This document shows, in pieces, positions 18,497-28,116 of a stretch of DNA of 64,000 nucleotides. The stretch comes from Rhodanobacteraceae bacterium. GTDB taxonomy: Bacteria > Pseudomonadota > Gammaproteobacteria > Xanthomonadales > Rhodanobacteraceae. Numbering within the stretch: position 1 is the stretch's first letter; the number at the start of each line of letters is the position of its first letter. The stretch lies in assembly GCA_003142815.1 (NCBI GenBank), contig PLNP01000040.1, positions 3,672-67,671 of the forward strand, given 5' to 3'. Both the position numbers and the translations under genes were made by a program. The notes beneath the pieces are model-generated. The model was given only the letters and a program-made list of their open reading frames with translations, was not told where the DNA came from and did not search any database.

Positions 18497-19152
18497 GAGG
18501 CCGCTCCTTTGCGAGACAGCAGAGTTCCGTTGATCGCGCGCGACGGGAAAATGTAGAACGCGTGCATCAGCTTGCCGAACGGGAACCAGACCAGCAGCGC
18601 ATCGAAGCTCAGGATGTGCAATCCGAGAATGGTCTGATAGGGTCCACCGATGTGGGCCGTGGCCATCAACCCGGTGACGATGACCAGCGTGGTGATGAAC
18701 CAGCTGAAGTAGTCGTCGAAATTGGACAACATCCGCAGCACCCTGTGCGTCACCCGACGGAACAGCACCGCCAGCAGCAGGGTGAACGTCAGCACCGAGA
18801 AGATGGTGATCACGCTGTTCGGAAGTGCCGGCCAGGTGACGCCGAACAGACTGCCGAAAAAGGCGATGTGCGGTGCGAATGCCAATATGACGATGAACAG
18901 GCCGATGTGATAGCCGTAACCCAGCGCTTCGCCGGCACCGGTTCGAACGGTGAACTCGGAGTGTGGCCATGAGCGTGATCCGGTTGCGATCACGCCACCG
19001 ATGATCGCCTTGACCAGCGAGTTGCGTGGTTCGTTGAAATTGCGCCGGATTCGCAACAGTGCGAAGCCGACGATACGCCAGACGACGCCCAGGCAAAAAA
19101 CCGCGAGCGCAACTTCGAGTGCGGGTCCACGTGCGAAACTCACAAGGTCCAT
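18493..19152 (-). CDS. isp1: Isp1: NarI/DsrM-like di-heme b membrane subunit
   Basis: About 5 TM helices with His pairs (YHIG...PHI and LHIL...KLMH). Confidence 0.85.
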   Translation of the reverse strand: MDLVSFARGPALEVALAVFCLGVVWRIVGFALLRIRRNFNEPRNSLVKAIIGGVIATGSRSWPHSEFTVRTGAGEALGYGYHIGLFIVILAFAPHIAFFGSLFGVTWPALPNSVITIFSVLTFTLLLAVLFRRVTHRVLRMLSNFDDYFSWFITTLVIVTGLMATAHIGGPYQTILGLHILSFDALLVWFPFGKLMHAFYIFPSRAINGTLLSRKGAAS

Positions 19153-19155
19153 GGG

Positions 19156-20274
19156 TCAGCTCTCCTTGGCCTCGTTGTTGGTGGTCGATTTCTCAATGTG
19201 GCGCTGACGCAGTCGGCTGAGTCCGGCGGATGCGACACCAAGGGCGGCGCCGACTGCGGCCGCGCCGCCGACAACTTTCAATACGTCGCCCGGCGAAACC
19301 TCACCCGCCTTGCCCCATCGCGGCGCCGACAGTGCCGAGTAGAAACTGCCCTTGTCCCAGAAATTCGGTTCCGAACAGCCGAGACAGGGGTGCCCGGATT
19401 CGATCGGGAAGCTGGTGCCGCCGTTCCATTTAGTGGTTGCGCAGGCGTTGTATGTGGTAGGGCCCTTGCAGCCGAGTTCAAACAGGCACCATCCGTTGCG
19501 CGCGCCTTCGTCGTCGAAGGATTTGGCGAATTTGCCCTGGTCGTAGAACGGCCGGCGGTAGCAGCGGTCGTGAATGGTATTGCCGAAAAACACTTTCGGC
19601 CGGCGGTACTCGTCGAGATCAGGTACCTTGCCGGTCGAAATGAATTGCAGCAGCGTGCCGGTGATCACCTCGGGAATCGGCGGGCACCCGGAGACGTTGA
19701 CAATGGGTTTGTCGCTCACGATGTCCGACACTGGCCAAGCCTGCGTCGGATTGGGATCGGCAAATGGAACTCCACCGAACGATGAGCAAGTACCGACGCA
19801 GACGATCGCCGCCGCGCCCTTGGCCGCTTCGCGCAAGATGTCGACCGCGCTCTTCCCGCCTAGCGCGCAGTAGGCACCGTTAGCGCCGGTCGGCACGGAA
19901 CCATCGATCACCAGCACATACTTGCCATAGTTGTCCTTCATCGCCTTGTCGCGGGCCATTTCGGCCTGGGCGCCGGCGGCGGCCATCAGGGTATCGTCGT
20001 AATCCAGCGAGATGACGTCGAAGATCAGGTTCTCGATCGAGGGCGAGAACGAGCGGATCAGCGACTCCAGACAGCCAGTGCATTCCTGGAACGACAGATA
20101 GATCACCGAAGGTCGCAGAGCCGCGCGCAGTTGTTCGGCCATCGCCCGCCCTGCCAGAGGCGGTAGGGCCAGTGCCGAGGCCATCGCGGTGCAGTATTTG
20201 ATGAAGGTCCGCCGGCTGACGCCATGCCGCTCCAGCATCTCGCCGATGGTAGGCTGGTCGTGATAGTGGGCCAT
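19156..20274 (-). CDS. hynS: [NiFe]-hydrogenase small subunit with Tat signal and C-terminal anchor
   Basis: SRRTFIKYC Tat motif, ECTGC, GCPP, HDRCYRR, GCKGP and HPCLGCSE; hydrophobic C-terminus. Confidence 0.95.
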   Translation of the reverse strand: MAHYHDQPTIGEMLERHGVSRRTFIKYCTAMASALALPPLAGRAMAEQLRAALRPSVIYLSFQECTGCLESLIRSFSPSIENLIFDVISLDYDDTLMAAAGAQAEMARDKAMKDNYGKYVLVIDGSVPTGANGAYCALGGKSAVDILREAAKGAAAIVCVGTCSSFGGVPFADPNPTQAWPVSDIVSDKPIVNVSGCPPIPEVITGTLLQFISTGKVPDLDEYRRPKVFFGNTIHDRCYRRPFYDQGKFAKSFDDEGARNGWCLFELGCKGPTTYNACATTKWNGGTSFPIESGHPCLGCSEPNFWDKGSFYSALSAPRWGKAGEVSPGDVLKVVGGAAAVGAALGVASAGLSRLRQRHIEKSTTNNEAKES

Positions 20275-20284
20275 CTGTGGGTCC

Positions 20285-20728
20285 TCAGTTCCCGGGCTGC
20301 TGCGCCGCACCGGCGGCACCGGCCCGCAGCTGTTGCGCACCGCGCCGCAGCTGGTCTGGTTCCACGGGAAGAATCGCCGGCACTTGGGCGATTTCGATGA
20401 ACCCGGCGATCAACTCGCCGCCGCGATCGCGGTATTCGCTCCACCACACGCCCTGGATCCCGGTCTCGTTGATCGTTGACTCGCCGTCCCCCTTCAACGT
20501 GATGGTGACCTCACCGGGCCCCAATGCCTTCAGCAATTGCTCGCGATCGCCCGGGCTCATTGGCAAGCTGCGCAAATCGATGGCGCCTGGCTCCCCACCA
20601 TCGGCCAGCCGGTCGAGTTGCGTGGCAATCTCGATCAGAATCGCCGTCACGCCGGCGCCGATGGTGCCAGTGGACGCCGCCGGGGTCCGCGACACGATCC
20701 GAATCGGAATTTCGCCGAGCCGGCTCAT
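20285..20728 (-). CDS. Hydrogenase expression/formation protein (HupH/HyaF C-terminal-type)
   Basis: IDLRSLPM, LGPGEV and ETGIQGVWW motifs. Confidence 0.8.
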   Translation of the reverse strand: MSRLGEIPIRIVSRTPAASTGTIGAGVTAILIEIATQLDRLADGGEPGAIDLRSLPMSPGDREQLLKALGPGEVTITLKGDGESTINETGIQGVWWSEYRDRGGELIAGFIEIAQVPAILPVEPDQLRRGAQQLRAGAAGAAQQPGN

Positions 20729-21255
20729 GGTACGCACCAATTCCGCAGCACGGCACCGGCTCGCGCAGCGGCTGCGTCGAACGCACGTGCGACGGGGGGC
20801 GAAAGGGCTTCAGTCCAATCGATCGTGCATGGTTGAACGCATAACAAGGCGCGGCGCCTCGGTATACAGTCAAGCAGCCTCGCCATGTCGAGCAGATCGC
20901 ACAACCCGACTTCATGAACACTGCGGCGCCGGGAACTGGCGAGGAAGCGATCCATCGCCTCATTTTCGAACAAGCGCACGGTGCCCGGCGCCTCGCCCAG
21001 ATCCGCGGCGTCGGTCACGAGCATGGCGTCTGTGGTTTCGATAAGCCCAAGGAGGCTGAAACTGAGCGTGCCGCCATCGACGAAGTTGGCCGCCCCGAAC
21101 GCAGGGTCGGTTCGCAGCCGTTCGACCAATCGGATGCCGACGCCATCGTCGCCAAGCAGGACATTGCCCATTCCCAGCATGAGGACGTTCGCTGGCGCGG
21201 ACTCGCGTGCTTCCGCCACGGCATCCACGGCGTAATCTTTCCGATGACCTCGCAT
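20725..21255 (-). CDS. hupD: Hydrogenase maturation endopeptidase (HyaD/HybD/HupD family); start uncertain
   Basis: LGMGNVLLGDDGVG, VDGGT, DAAD and SVHEVGL. Confidence 0.88.
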   Translation of the reverse strand: MRGHRKDYAVDAVAEARESAPANVLMLGMGNVLLGDDGVGIRLVERLRTDPAFGAANFVDGGTLSFSLLGLIETTDAMLVTDAADLGEAPGTVRLFENEAMDRFLASSRRRSVHEVGLCDLLDMARLLDCIPRRRALLCVQPCTIDWTEALSPPVARAFDAAAARAGAVLRNWCVP

Positions 21256-21326
21256 GACTTCCACCGCCACGATGCCACTCCGCGTCGCCTTCGGCGGGAG
21301 TGAACCATATCCGGACATCAATCGTA

Positions 21327-21340
21327 TTGACCTCGATCAA
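21327..21340. promoter_or_regulatory. FNR-type binding site 1
   Basis: TTGAC-CTCG-ATCAA versus consensus TTGAT-N4-ATCAA, in the divergent hyn/hyp intergenic region. Confidence 0.7.
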
Positions 21341-21357
21341 TCTTTGCTTAGCGAAAA

Positions 21358-21371
21358 TTGACCGGCGTCAA
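21358..21371. promoter_or_regulatory. FNR-type binding site 2
   Basis: TTGAC-CGGC-GTCAA, symmetric half-sites, 31 bp from site 1. Confidence 0.65.
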
Positions 21372-21504
21372 TGTGAGGCCGAGCGTGCTCCGTATAATGA
21401 ACTTGCGTACATCGCGCGATCAGCGTCTGTCCCAGGATGATGCGTCGTTGGATCGCGCTCACTCACCAGGACAGTCTGGATCAAGGCTTGAGCGAAGGAC
21501 GGAT

Positions 21505-21879
21505 ATGCACGAATTGTCCATTTGCCAAGCACTTCTGACGCAGGTCGAGGACATCGCGCGCGCGCACGCTGCCGACGGCGTGAAACGGATCATCGTGGCG
21601 GTGGGCCCGTTATCGGGCGTCGAGCCCTCGCTGCTAGCAGTGGCCTTTCAGCTCGCGCGCGCCGGTAGTTGCGCCGCGCAGGCCGAATTGACGTGCGAAC
21701 TAGCCCCGGTGACGGTGAGATGCACGGAGTGCGGCGCAGAGTCTGCGTGCGCGGCGAACTGCCTACTGTGCGCCGAGTGCGGTGGCTACCGTACTCAGGT
21801 GATCAGCGGCGACGAGCTGTGCCTGCTGCGCGTTGAATTGTCGTCGGCCGACGAAAGCGTCCGGCGTACTGCCGCCTGA
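21505..21879 (+). CDS. hypA: Hydrogenase nickel metallochaperone HypA
   Basis: MHELSI start, two CxxC motifs and SGDEL. Confidence 0.93.
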   Translation: MHELSICQALLTQVEDIARAHAADGVKRIIVAVGPLSGVEPSLLAVAFQLARAGSCAAQAELTCELAPVTVRCTECGAESACAANCLLCAECGGYRTQVISGDELCLLRVELSSADESVRRTAA

Positions 21880-21897
21880 ATCGAGAACGGATCGGCT

Positions 21898-22713
21898 ATG
21901 TGCGAAACATGCGGCTGTACTATCACTGCGGGAAACGTCCATCTGACCCGCGACCAGCATGGGCACGACGGCCCCGTCATCGAAGTGCTGCAGGATCTGC
22001 TGGCCGCGAATGACCGTACGGCAGAGCACAATCGCTCCCACTTCAACGAACACGGCGTGTTCGCGATCAATCTGATGTCCTCGCCCGGCGCCGGCAAGAC
22101 CGCATTGCTGGAAGCCACGATCGACGCCCTCGGCGACGAATACCGCATTGCGGTGATCGAGGGCGACCTCGAAACGGAGAACGATGCGGCTCGCATCCGC
22201 GCGCGCGGCGTGCGTGCGGTGCAGATTACCACCGGCAGTGCCTGTCACCTGGACGCACACTTGGTGCACCAAGCCCTGCACGAACTGCCGCTGCACGGTC
22301 TCGACCTCTTGTTCATCGAAAACGTCGGTAATCTAGTGTGCCCGGCCAGCTTCGATCTCGGCCAACACCGCAATGTCGTGCTGCTGTCAGTCACTGAGGG
22401 CGACGACAAACCGGCGAAATATCCGGTCATGTTCCGCGCCGCCGACTTGGTGGTGTTGAGCAAGGCGGATTTGCTCGACGTGCTCGACGATTTCGACCCG
22501 CTGCGCGCCGAAGCGGCGCTGCGTGCGCTTGGGCGCGACACACCCGTGATCCGCGCCGCAGCGCGGCGCACGCCGGCCCTGCAGCCGTGGCTGGACTGGC
22601 TGCGCCGCGAGCTCGCGCAACACCGTAAAGCCCACAATCAGTTCGCAGTGCCAGCTACGGCGTTGACCGGAGCTGCGCTGCTGCGTCCGGCTCGCTCGAT
22701 GGTCGGGGATTGA
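21898..22713 (+). CDS. hypB: Hydrogenase nickel incorporation GTPase HypB
   Basis: MCETCGC, SSPGAGKT, ACHLDA, ENVGNLVCPASFDLG and EGDDKPAKYP. Confidence 0.95.
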   Translation: MCETCGCTITAGNVHLTRDQHGHDGPVIEVLQDLLAANDRTAEHNRSHFNEHGVFAINLMSSPGAGKTALLEATIDALGDEYRIAVIEGDLETENDAARIRARGVRAVQITTGSACHLDAHLVHQALHELPLHGLDLLFIENVGNLVCPASFDLGQHRNVVLLSVTEGDDKPAKYPVMFRAADLVVLSKADLLDVLDDFDPLRAEAALRALGRDTPVIRAAARRTPALQPWLDWLRRELAQHRKAHNQFAVPATALTGAALLRPARSMVGD

Positions 22714-22716
22714 GCG

Positions 22717-22974
22717 ATGTGCCTGGCGATTCCGGTCCGTGTCACGGTACTGCTCGACGACGAGCAGGCGGAGATCGAGGTCGGCGGCGTTCGTAACAGA
22801 ATCTCGTTGGCATTGCTCGACGGCGTCGCGGTCGGCGACTTTGTCATTGTTCATGCCGGCTTCGCCATCGCGCGTCTCGATGTTGCGGAAGCCGAAAAGA
22901 CTCTTGCGCTGTTCGACGAGATTGCGGCGCATATCGGCGAGCCGGCCCATGCGTTACATCCGTGGTTTTCGTAA
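22717..22974 (+). CDS. hypC: HypC
   Basis: MCLAIP start and VIVHAGFAI. Confidence 0.95.
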   Translation: MCLAIPVRVTVLLDDEQAEIEVGGVRNRISLALLDGVAVGDFVIVHAGFAIARLDVAEAEKTLALFDEIAAHIGEPAHALHPWFS

Positions 22975-24085
22975 CGGCGCTGCGGCGAGCGCGCTGGCTC
23001 GGCTGATCGCCGCGGCGGTCACGCCCGGCCGCGAGTACCACCTGATGGAATTCTGCGGCGGCCACACGCATGCGATCTTCCGCTATGGCGTGCAGGATCT
23101 TCTGCCGGAGAACGTCAAGCTGGTGCATGGCCCGGGCTGCCCGGTATGTGTACTAGCGATGCCGCGCCTCAACGGCGCGATCGAGCTGGCGCAGCGGCCG
23201 CAGGTGACGTTGGTCAGCTACGGCGACATGCTGCGCGTCCCCGCCTCGCGCCGGCGCAGCCTGCTCAAGGCGCGCGCCGAGGGGGCCGACGTGCGCATGG
23301 TCTATTCCGCGGCCGAGTCCCTGAATATCGCCGCTGCCCATCCGGATCGCCAAGTCGTGTTCTTCGCGATCGGCTTCGAGACCACGACACCGGCGACGGC
23401 GTACGTGATCGTTGAAGCGCAGCGCCGCGGGCTGCGCAACTTCAGCGTCTACTGCAACCACGTCCTGACACCCTCGGCCATTCAGAGCATCGTCGATGCA
23501 CCGGAGGTGCGCGAGTTCGGCCGCGTCCGCGTCGACGGCTTCATCGGGCCCTCGCACGTCAGCACCGTGATCGGCAGCCGTCCCTACGAATATTTCGCCG
23601 AAGAATACCAGCGGCCGGTGGTGATCGCGGGCTTCGAGCCTCTCGACGTCCTGCAGGCGATCCACATGCTCGTGCAGCAGCTCAACGAGGGCCGCGCCTG
23701 CGTCGAAAACCAATTCACTCGCGGCGTCACGCGCGACGGCAACCGCAAGGCGCAGGCGTTGGTGGCCGACGTGTTCGAACTGCGCCCGAGCTTCGAGTGG
23801 CGCGGCCTCGGCGAACTGCCTTATAGCGGATTACGCATCAAATCGGTCTACGCGGAGTTCGACGCCGAACGCCGCTTCGAGATAGCCATCCACCCAGTGC
23901 CCGAGAACAAGGCCTGCCAGTGTCCGGCGATAATCCGCGGCGTCAAGAAACCGACCGACTGCCCAATATTCGGAAACGTCTGCACACCGCGCAACCCGAT
24001 CGGCTCGTGCATGGTCTCTGCGGAAGGCGCATGTGCCGCGTACTACAAGTACCGCCGCGGCAATGTTTCGGCGATGGCTAGCTGA
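22949..24085 (+). CDS. hypD: HypD
   Basis: MEFCGGHTH, GPGCPVC, FFAIGFETT and PIGSCMVSAEGAC. Confidence 0.95.
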   Translation: MRYIRGFRNGAAASALARLIAAAVTPGREYHLMEFCGGHTHAIFRYGVQDLLPENVKLVHGPGCPVCVLAMPRLNGAIELAQRPQVTLVSYGDMLRVPASRRRSLLKARAEGADVRMVYSAAESLNIAAAHPDRQVVFFAIGFETTTPATAYVIVEAQRRGLRNFSVYCNHVLTPSAIQSIVDAPEVREFGRVRVDGFIGPSHVSTVIGSRPYEYFAEEYQRPVVIAGFEPLDVLQAIHMLVQQLNEGRACVENQFTRGVTRDGNRKAQALVADVFELRPSFEWRGLGELPYSGLRIKSVYAEFDAERRFEIAIHPVPENKACQCPAIIRGVKKPTDCPIFGNVCTPRNPIGSCMVSAEGACAAYYKYRRGNVSAMAS

Positions 24086-25803
24086 TGCGCATCCTGCTGC
24101 TGATGCATAGCTTCAACAGCCTGTCGCAGCGCCTCTATGTCGAGCTGCAGCGCGACGGTCACGAACTGTCGGTGGAATTCGACATCCACGACGACGTCAC
24201 TCGCGAAGCGGTAGAGCTGTTCCGACCGGATCTAGTGCTGGCACCGTTCCTGAAGCACGCGATTCCCGCCTCGGTGTGGCAGCGCCTTCCCTGCCTGATC
24301 GTGCATCCGGGACCGCCCGGCGACCGCGGGCCGGCGGCGCTGGATTGGGCGATCTTGCACGGCGCCGATAGTTGGGGTGTCACCGTGTTGCAGGCGGAAG
24401 CCGCGATGGACGCCGGTCCGGTGTGGGCCAGCGAAGAATTTGCAATGCGGCCTGTGCGCAAGAGCAGTCTGTATCGAAACGAGGTCACCGAGGCCGCGGT
24501 GAGCGCGGTACGCCGCGCCATCGCCCGCCGCGAAGCCGGCGAGCGGCCCGCGGCGCCAGGCGGCGCCACACACGGCTGGCAACCACCGCTGCGGCAGGCG
24601 CAGCGCGCGATCGACTGGCAGCGGGACGATAGCACCACCGTGCTGCGCAAGCTGCATGCGGCCGACGGGTTTCCGGGCGTCGAGGACATGCTGTTCGAGC
24701 GGCGCTTCCGGCTATTTGACGGACACCGCGAGGAACACCTCGCCGGTCGTCCCGGCACGTTGATTGCGCGCTGTCATGGCGCGATCTGTCGCGCCACGCG
24801 CGACGGCGCCGTGTGGATCGGCCAGTTGCAGCCGGTCGAGGACCGACAATGCGGTTTCAAGCGCCCGGCCACGCTTGCGCTCGGTTCGCTCGCGGAAAAT
24901 CTGCCAATCAGCGAAGACAATCCGGCCGCCACGCGCAGCGACACGAGCCTGCGCGAGATCCGCTACAAAGAGCACGGCAACATCGGTTACCTACACTTCG
25001 ATTTTTACAACGGCGCGATGAGCACTGCGCAGTGCGAACGCCTGCGCGCCGCCTATCTGCAGGCGCGACGGCGGCCGACACGCGTCATCGTGCTCATGGG
25101 CGGAGGCGACTTCTGGAGCAACGGCATGCACCTGCACTGCATCGAAGCTGCCGAAAGCCCGGCCGACGCGTCCTGGGATAACATCAACGCTATCGACGAC
25201 TTGGCGCGGGACATCCTGACCACCGACACGCACCTGACGATCGCTGCCCTGCAGGGCAACGCCGCGGCTGGCGGCGTATTTCTGGCGCTGGCTGCTGACC
25301 TCGTCCTGGCGCGTAGCGGCGTGGTGCTCAATCCGCACTACCGCAACATGGGCAACCTCTACGGGTCCGAATATTGGACCTATGTGCTGCCGCGACGCAC
25401 TGGTGCGGAGCGTGCGCGGATGCTGATGGCCGGCCGCCTGCCGATCGGCGCGCCCGAAGCGCAAGCCCTCGGACTGATTGACGGATATGCCGGCCCGGAC
25501 ATGGCCGCGTTCCATGCACTGGTCGCGTCGCGCGCGGCGGCTCTCGCCAGCAACGAAACCCACGCGCCAGCGCTGGCCGACAAGCGCGCGCGACACGCGC
25601 GCGACGAGCACGCGCACCCACTGGCGGACTATCGTGCCGTCGAGCTGGAGCATATGCGTCTCAATTTCTACGGCTTTGATCCGAGCTACCACGTCGCCCG
25701 CTACCGCTTCGTGCACCGCACGCCGCAGGCTTGGACGCCGCTGTATCTTGCGCGCCATCGCCAACTCGGCCGCACGACCCGCAGTGCGACCACATGCGCA
25801 TGA
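24085..25803 (+). CDS. hypX: HypX/HoxX (formyltransferase plus enoyl-CoA hydratase domains; CO ligand synthesis)
   Basis: MRILLLMHSFNSLSQR, HPGPPGDRG, FDFYNGAMST, WSNGMHL and PHYRNMGNLYGSEYWTY. Confidence 0.93.
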   Translation: MRILLLMHSFNSLSQRLYVELQRDGHELSVEFDIHDDVTREAVELFRPDLVLAPFLKHAIPASVWQRLPCLIVHPGPPGDRGPAALDWAILHGADSWGVTVLQAEAAMDAGPVWASEEFAMRPVRKSSLYRNEVTEAAVSAVRRAIARREAGERPAAPGGATHGWQPPLRQAQRAIDWQRDDSTTVLRKLHAADGFPGVEDMLFERRFRLFDGHREEHLAGRPGTLIARCHGAICRATRDGAVWIGQLQPVEDRQCGFKRPATLALGSLAENLPISEDNPAATRSDTSLREIRYKEHGNIGYLHFDFYNGAMSTAQCERLRAAYLQARRRPTRVIVLMGGGDFWSNGMHLHCIEAAESPADASWDNINAIDDLARDILTTDTHLTIAALQGNAAAGGVFLALAADLVLARSGVVLNPHYRNMGNLYGSEYWTYVLPRRTGAERARMLMAGRLPIGAPEAQALGLIDGYAGPDMAAFHALVASRAAALASNETHAPALADKRARHARDEHAHPLADYRAVELEHMRLNFYGFDPSYHVARYRFVHRTPQAWTPLYLARHRQLGRTTRSATTCA

Positions 25804-28115
25804 AGGCGAGCGTCGCGCGGCGTCCAGCGACTGCGGCTGAGCCTTCGACTGCGCCGTTCCCGGCGTGGCGATGGCGTATCGTTGGACGCGTGCAGGGGGT
25901 GGGGTTCCGGCCGTTCGTCTACCGACTGGCGCATAGTCTCGGTCTGCATGGCTGGGTGCGCAACAGCGGCGGCATGGTTGAAATTCACGCGCAGGGACCG
26001 GCGCCGCTGCTGCAGACGTTCGGCCGGGCGCTGCTCGATCAGGCGCCGCCAGCCTCGCGTCCGCAGCTACTCGACGAGCACGCCGCGCCGCAGGAAGCCG
26101 CGACGGAGTTCCGCATCCTCGTCAGCACTGGCGGCGCCCAGGCGCAGATTCACGTGCCTCCCGACCTGTTTACCTGTGACGACTGCCTCGCCGAGTTGCA
26201 CGACCCCGCCGCGCGCCGCTACCGATACCCTTTCATCAACTGCACCCAATGTGGGCCGCGTTACACGCTGATCCAGGCGCTGCCCTACGATCGGCCGAAC
26301 ACGACCATGGCCGGCTTCACGCTGTGTCCCGCCTGCGCCGCCGAGTACGCGGACCCCATGGATCGGCGCTTCCATGCCCAGCCTTTGGCTTGCCCTGCGT
26401 GTGGCCCGCGCCTGCGCTGGCGCGCCGAGGCAGGCGCGGCTATCGAGGCTGGCGGAAACGAAGCGGCGCTTGACGCCGCGGTAGCCGCGCTGCGCGCCGG
26501 GCGCATTGTCGCGGTGCGCGGCATCGGCGGTTACCACCTGCTGTGCGATGCTAGCCGCGAAGACGTCGTCACACGTCTGCGCTCGCGCAAGCGGCGTCCG
26601 GCGAAACCGCTGGCGCTGATGGTGCCCTGGTGCGGCGACGACGGATTGGATCAGGCGCGCCGCTTGGTGCAGCTATCACCCCTGCAAGCCGCGGCGCTGA
26701 CCGATCCGGTGCGGCCGATCGTGCTGGCGCCGCGCCGTGACACGGCGCCGCTCGCCATCGCGGTCGCGCCAGGCCTGCGCGAGGTGGGACTGATGCTCCC
26801 CTACAGTCCGCTGCACCATATATTGCTCGACGCGTTCGGCAGCGCAGTGGTCGCCACTTCCGGCAATCTCAGCGGCGAGCCGGTGCTGACCGAGCCGGTC
26901 GAGGCAGAGGCGCGGCTCGTTGATATCGCCGATGGTTTTCTGCATCACGACCGGCCGATCGCGCGGCCGGCGGACGACTCGGTGTTGCGCATCATCGCCG
27001 GTGCCATTCGGCCGTTGCGCATTGGGCGCGGTGCTGCCCCACTGGAAATGAAGCTGCCGGCGCCGATCGAAGTGCCGACGCTCGCGGTGGGCGCATTCCT
27101 CAAGAACACAGTGGCGCTGGCCTGGGGGGAACGCGCGGTGACTTCGCCCCACATCGGCGACCTCTCGAGTCCGCGCGGACGCGCGGTATTCGCCCAAGTC
27201 GCCGAAGACCTGCAGCAGCTGTACGGCGTGCGCGCACAGCGCATCGTGCACGACGCGCATCCGGACTTCCCAAACACGCGCTGGGCGCGCGCATCCAGGC
27301 TGCCTACGTTGGCGGTGTGGCACCATCACGCGCACGCGGCGGCCCTGGCCGGCGAATATCCCGACACCACCCCGCTACTTTGCTTCACTTGGGACGGCGT
27401 CGGCCTCGGGCCGGATGGCACCCTCTGGGGCGGCGAAGCGCTGCTCGGCCGGCCGGGCGCTTGGGACCATGTGGCGAGTTTCCAGCCATTCCGGTTACCC
27501 GGCGGCGAACGCGCCGCGCACCAGCCCTGGCGTACCGCGGTGGCATTGTGCTGGGAATCCGGTATCGACTGGCCCGCTGCCGATCTCGCCGATCCGCTGT
27601 TGCGCCAAGCCTTCGACCGCAGAGTAAATACGCCGCAGACGAGTTCAGTCGGCCGCCTGTTTGACGCAGCGGCGGCGCTGCTGGATGTTTGCCGGCAGGC
27701 GAGCTATGAAGGCGAGGCGCCGATGCGCCTGGAAGCGCTGAGCGAAGGAGTTTCGGCGCCGCCAGTGGCTCTGCCACTAACGCGCGATGCCGCCGGTATC
27801 TGGCGCAGCAGCTGGGTGCCGTTGCTGCCGCTTCTGCTCGACGCACAATTTTCGCCGGCGGTGCGGGCCGCAAGCTTCCACGCCAGCCTGGCGCAGGCGC
27901 TATGCGGGCAGGCGCTTGCCGTGCGACATGACTGCGGTGTGACGCGCATCGGCTTGACCGGCGGCGTGTTCCAGAATCGCGTGCTGAGCGAGCAGGTTTG
28001 CGGGCGGCTATGCGCTGAGGGGTTCGAGGTGCTGATTCCGCAGCAGTTGCCGGTCAACGACGCGGCAATCAGCTATGGCCAACTGGTTGAGGCGGCGGCC
28101 TCGCCGGCAGGCTGA
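25800..28115 (+). CDS. hypF: Carbamoyltransferase HypF
   Basis: GRVQGVGFRPFVY, Zn-finger CxxC pairs, HHHAH and TSSVGRLFDA. Confidence 0.95.
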   Translation: MKASVARRPATAAEPSTAPFPAWRWRIVGRVQGVGFRPFVYRLAHSLGLHGWVRNSGGMVEIHAQGPAPLLQTFGRALLDQAPPASRPQLLDEHAAPQEAATEFRILVSTGGAQAQIHVPPDLFTCDDCLAELHDPAARRYRYPFINCTQCGPRYTLIQALPYDRPNTTMAGFTLCPACAAEYADPMDRRFHAQPLACPACGPRLRWRAEAGAAIEAGGNEAALDAAVAALRAGRIVAVRGIGGYHLLCDASREDVVTRLRSRKRRPAKPLALMVPWCGDDGLDQARRLVQLSPLQAAALTDPVRPIVLAPRRDTAPLAIAVAPGLREVGLMLPYSPLHHILLDAFGSAVVATSGNLSGEPVLTEPVEAEARLVDIADGFLHHDRPIARPADDSVLRIIAGAIRPLRIGRGAAPLEMKLPAPIEVPTLAVGAFLKNTVALAWGERAVTSPHIGDLSSPRGRAVFAQVAEDLQQLYGVRAQRIVHDAHPDFPNTRWARASRLPTLAVWHHHAHAAALAGEYPDTTPLLCFTWDGVGLGPDGTLWGGEALLGRPGAWDHVASFQPFRLPGGERAAHQPWRTAVALCWESGIDWPAADLADPLLRQAFDRRVNTPQTSSVGRLFDAAAALLDVCRQASYEGEAPMRLEALSEGVSAPPVALPLTRDAAGIWRSSWVPLLPLLLDAQFSPAVRAASFHASLAQALCGQALAVRHDCGVTRIGLTGGVFQNRVLSEQVCGRLCAEGFEVLIPQQLPVNDAAISYGQLVEAAASPAG

Positions 28116-28116
28116 C

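Noticed and set aside
19156-20274. O2-tolerant group 1d membrane-bound hydrogenase
   Set aside because: It lacks the supernumerary Cys (ECTGC, not ECTCC), and isp1/isp2 rather than a cytochrome b gene lie between the subunits
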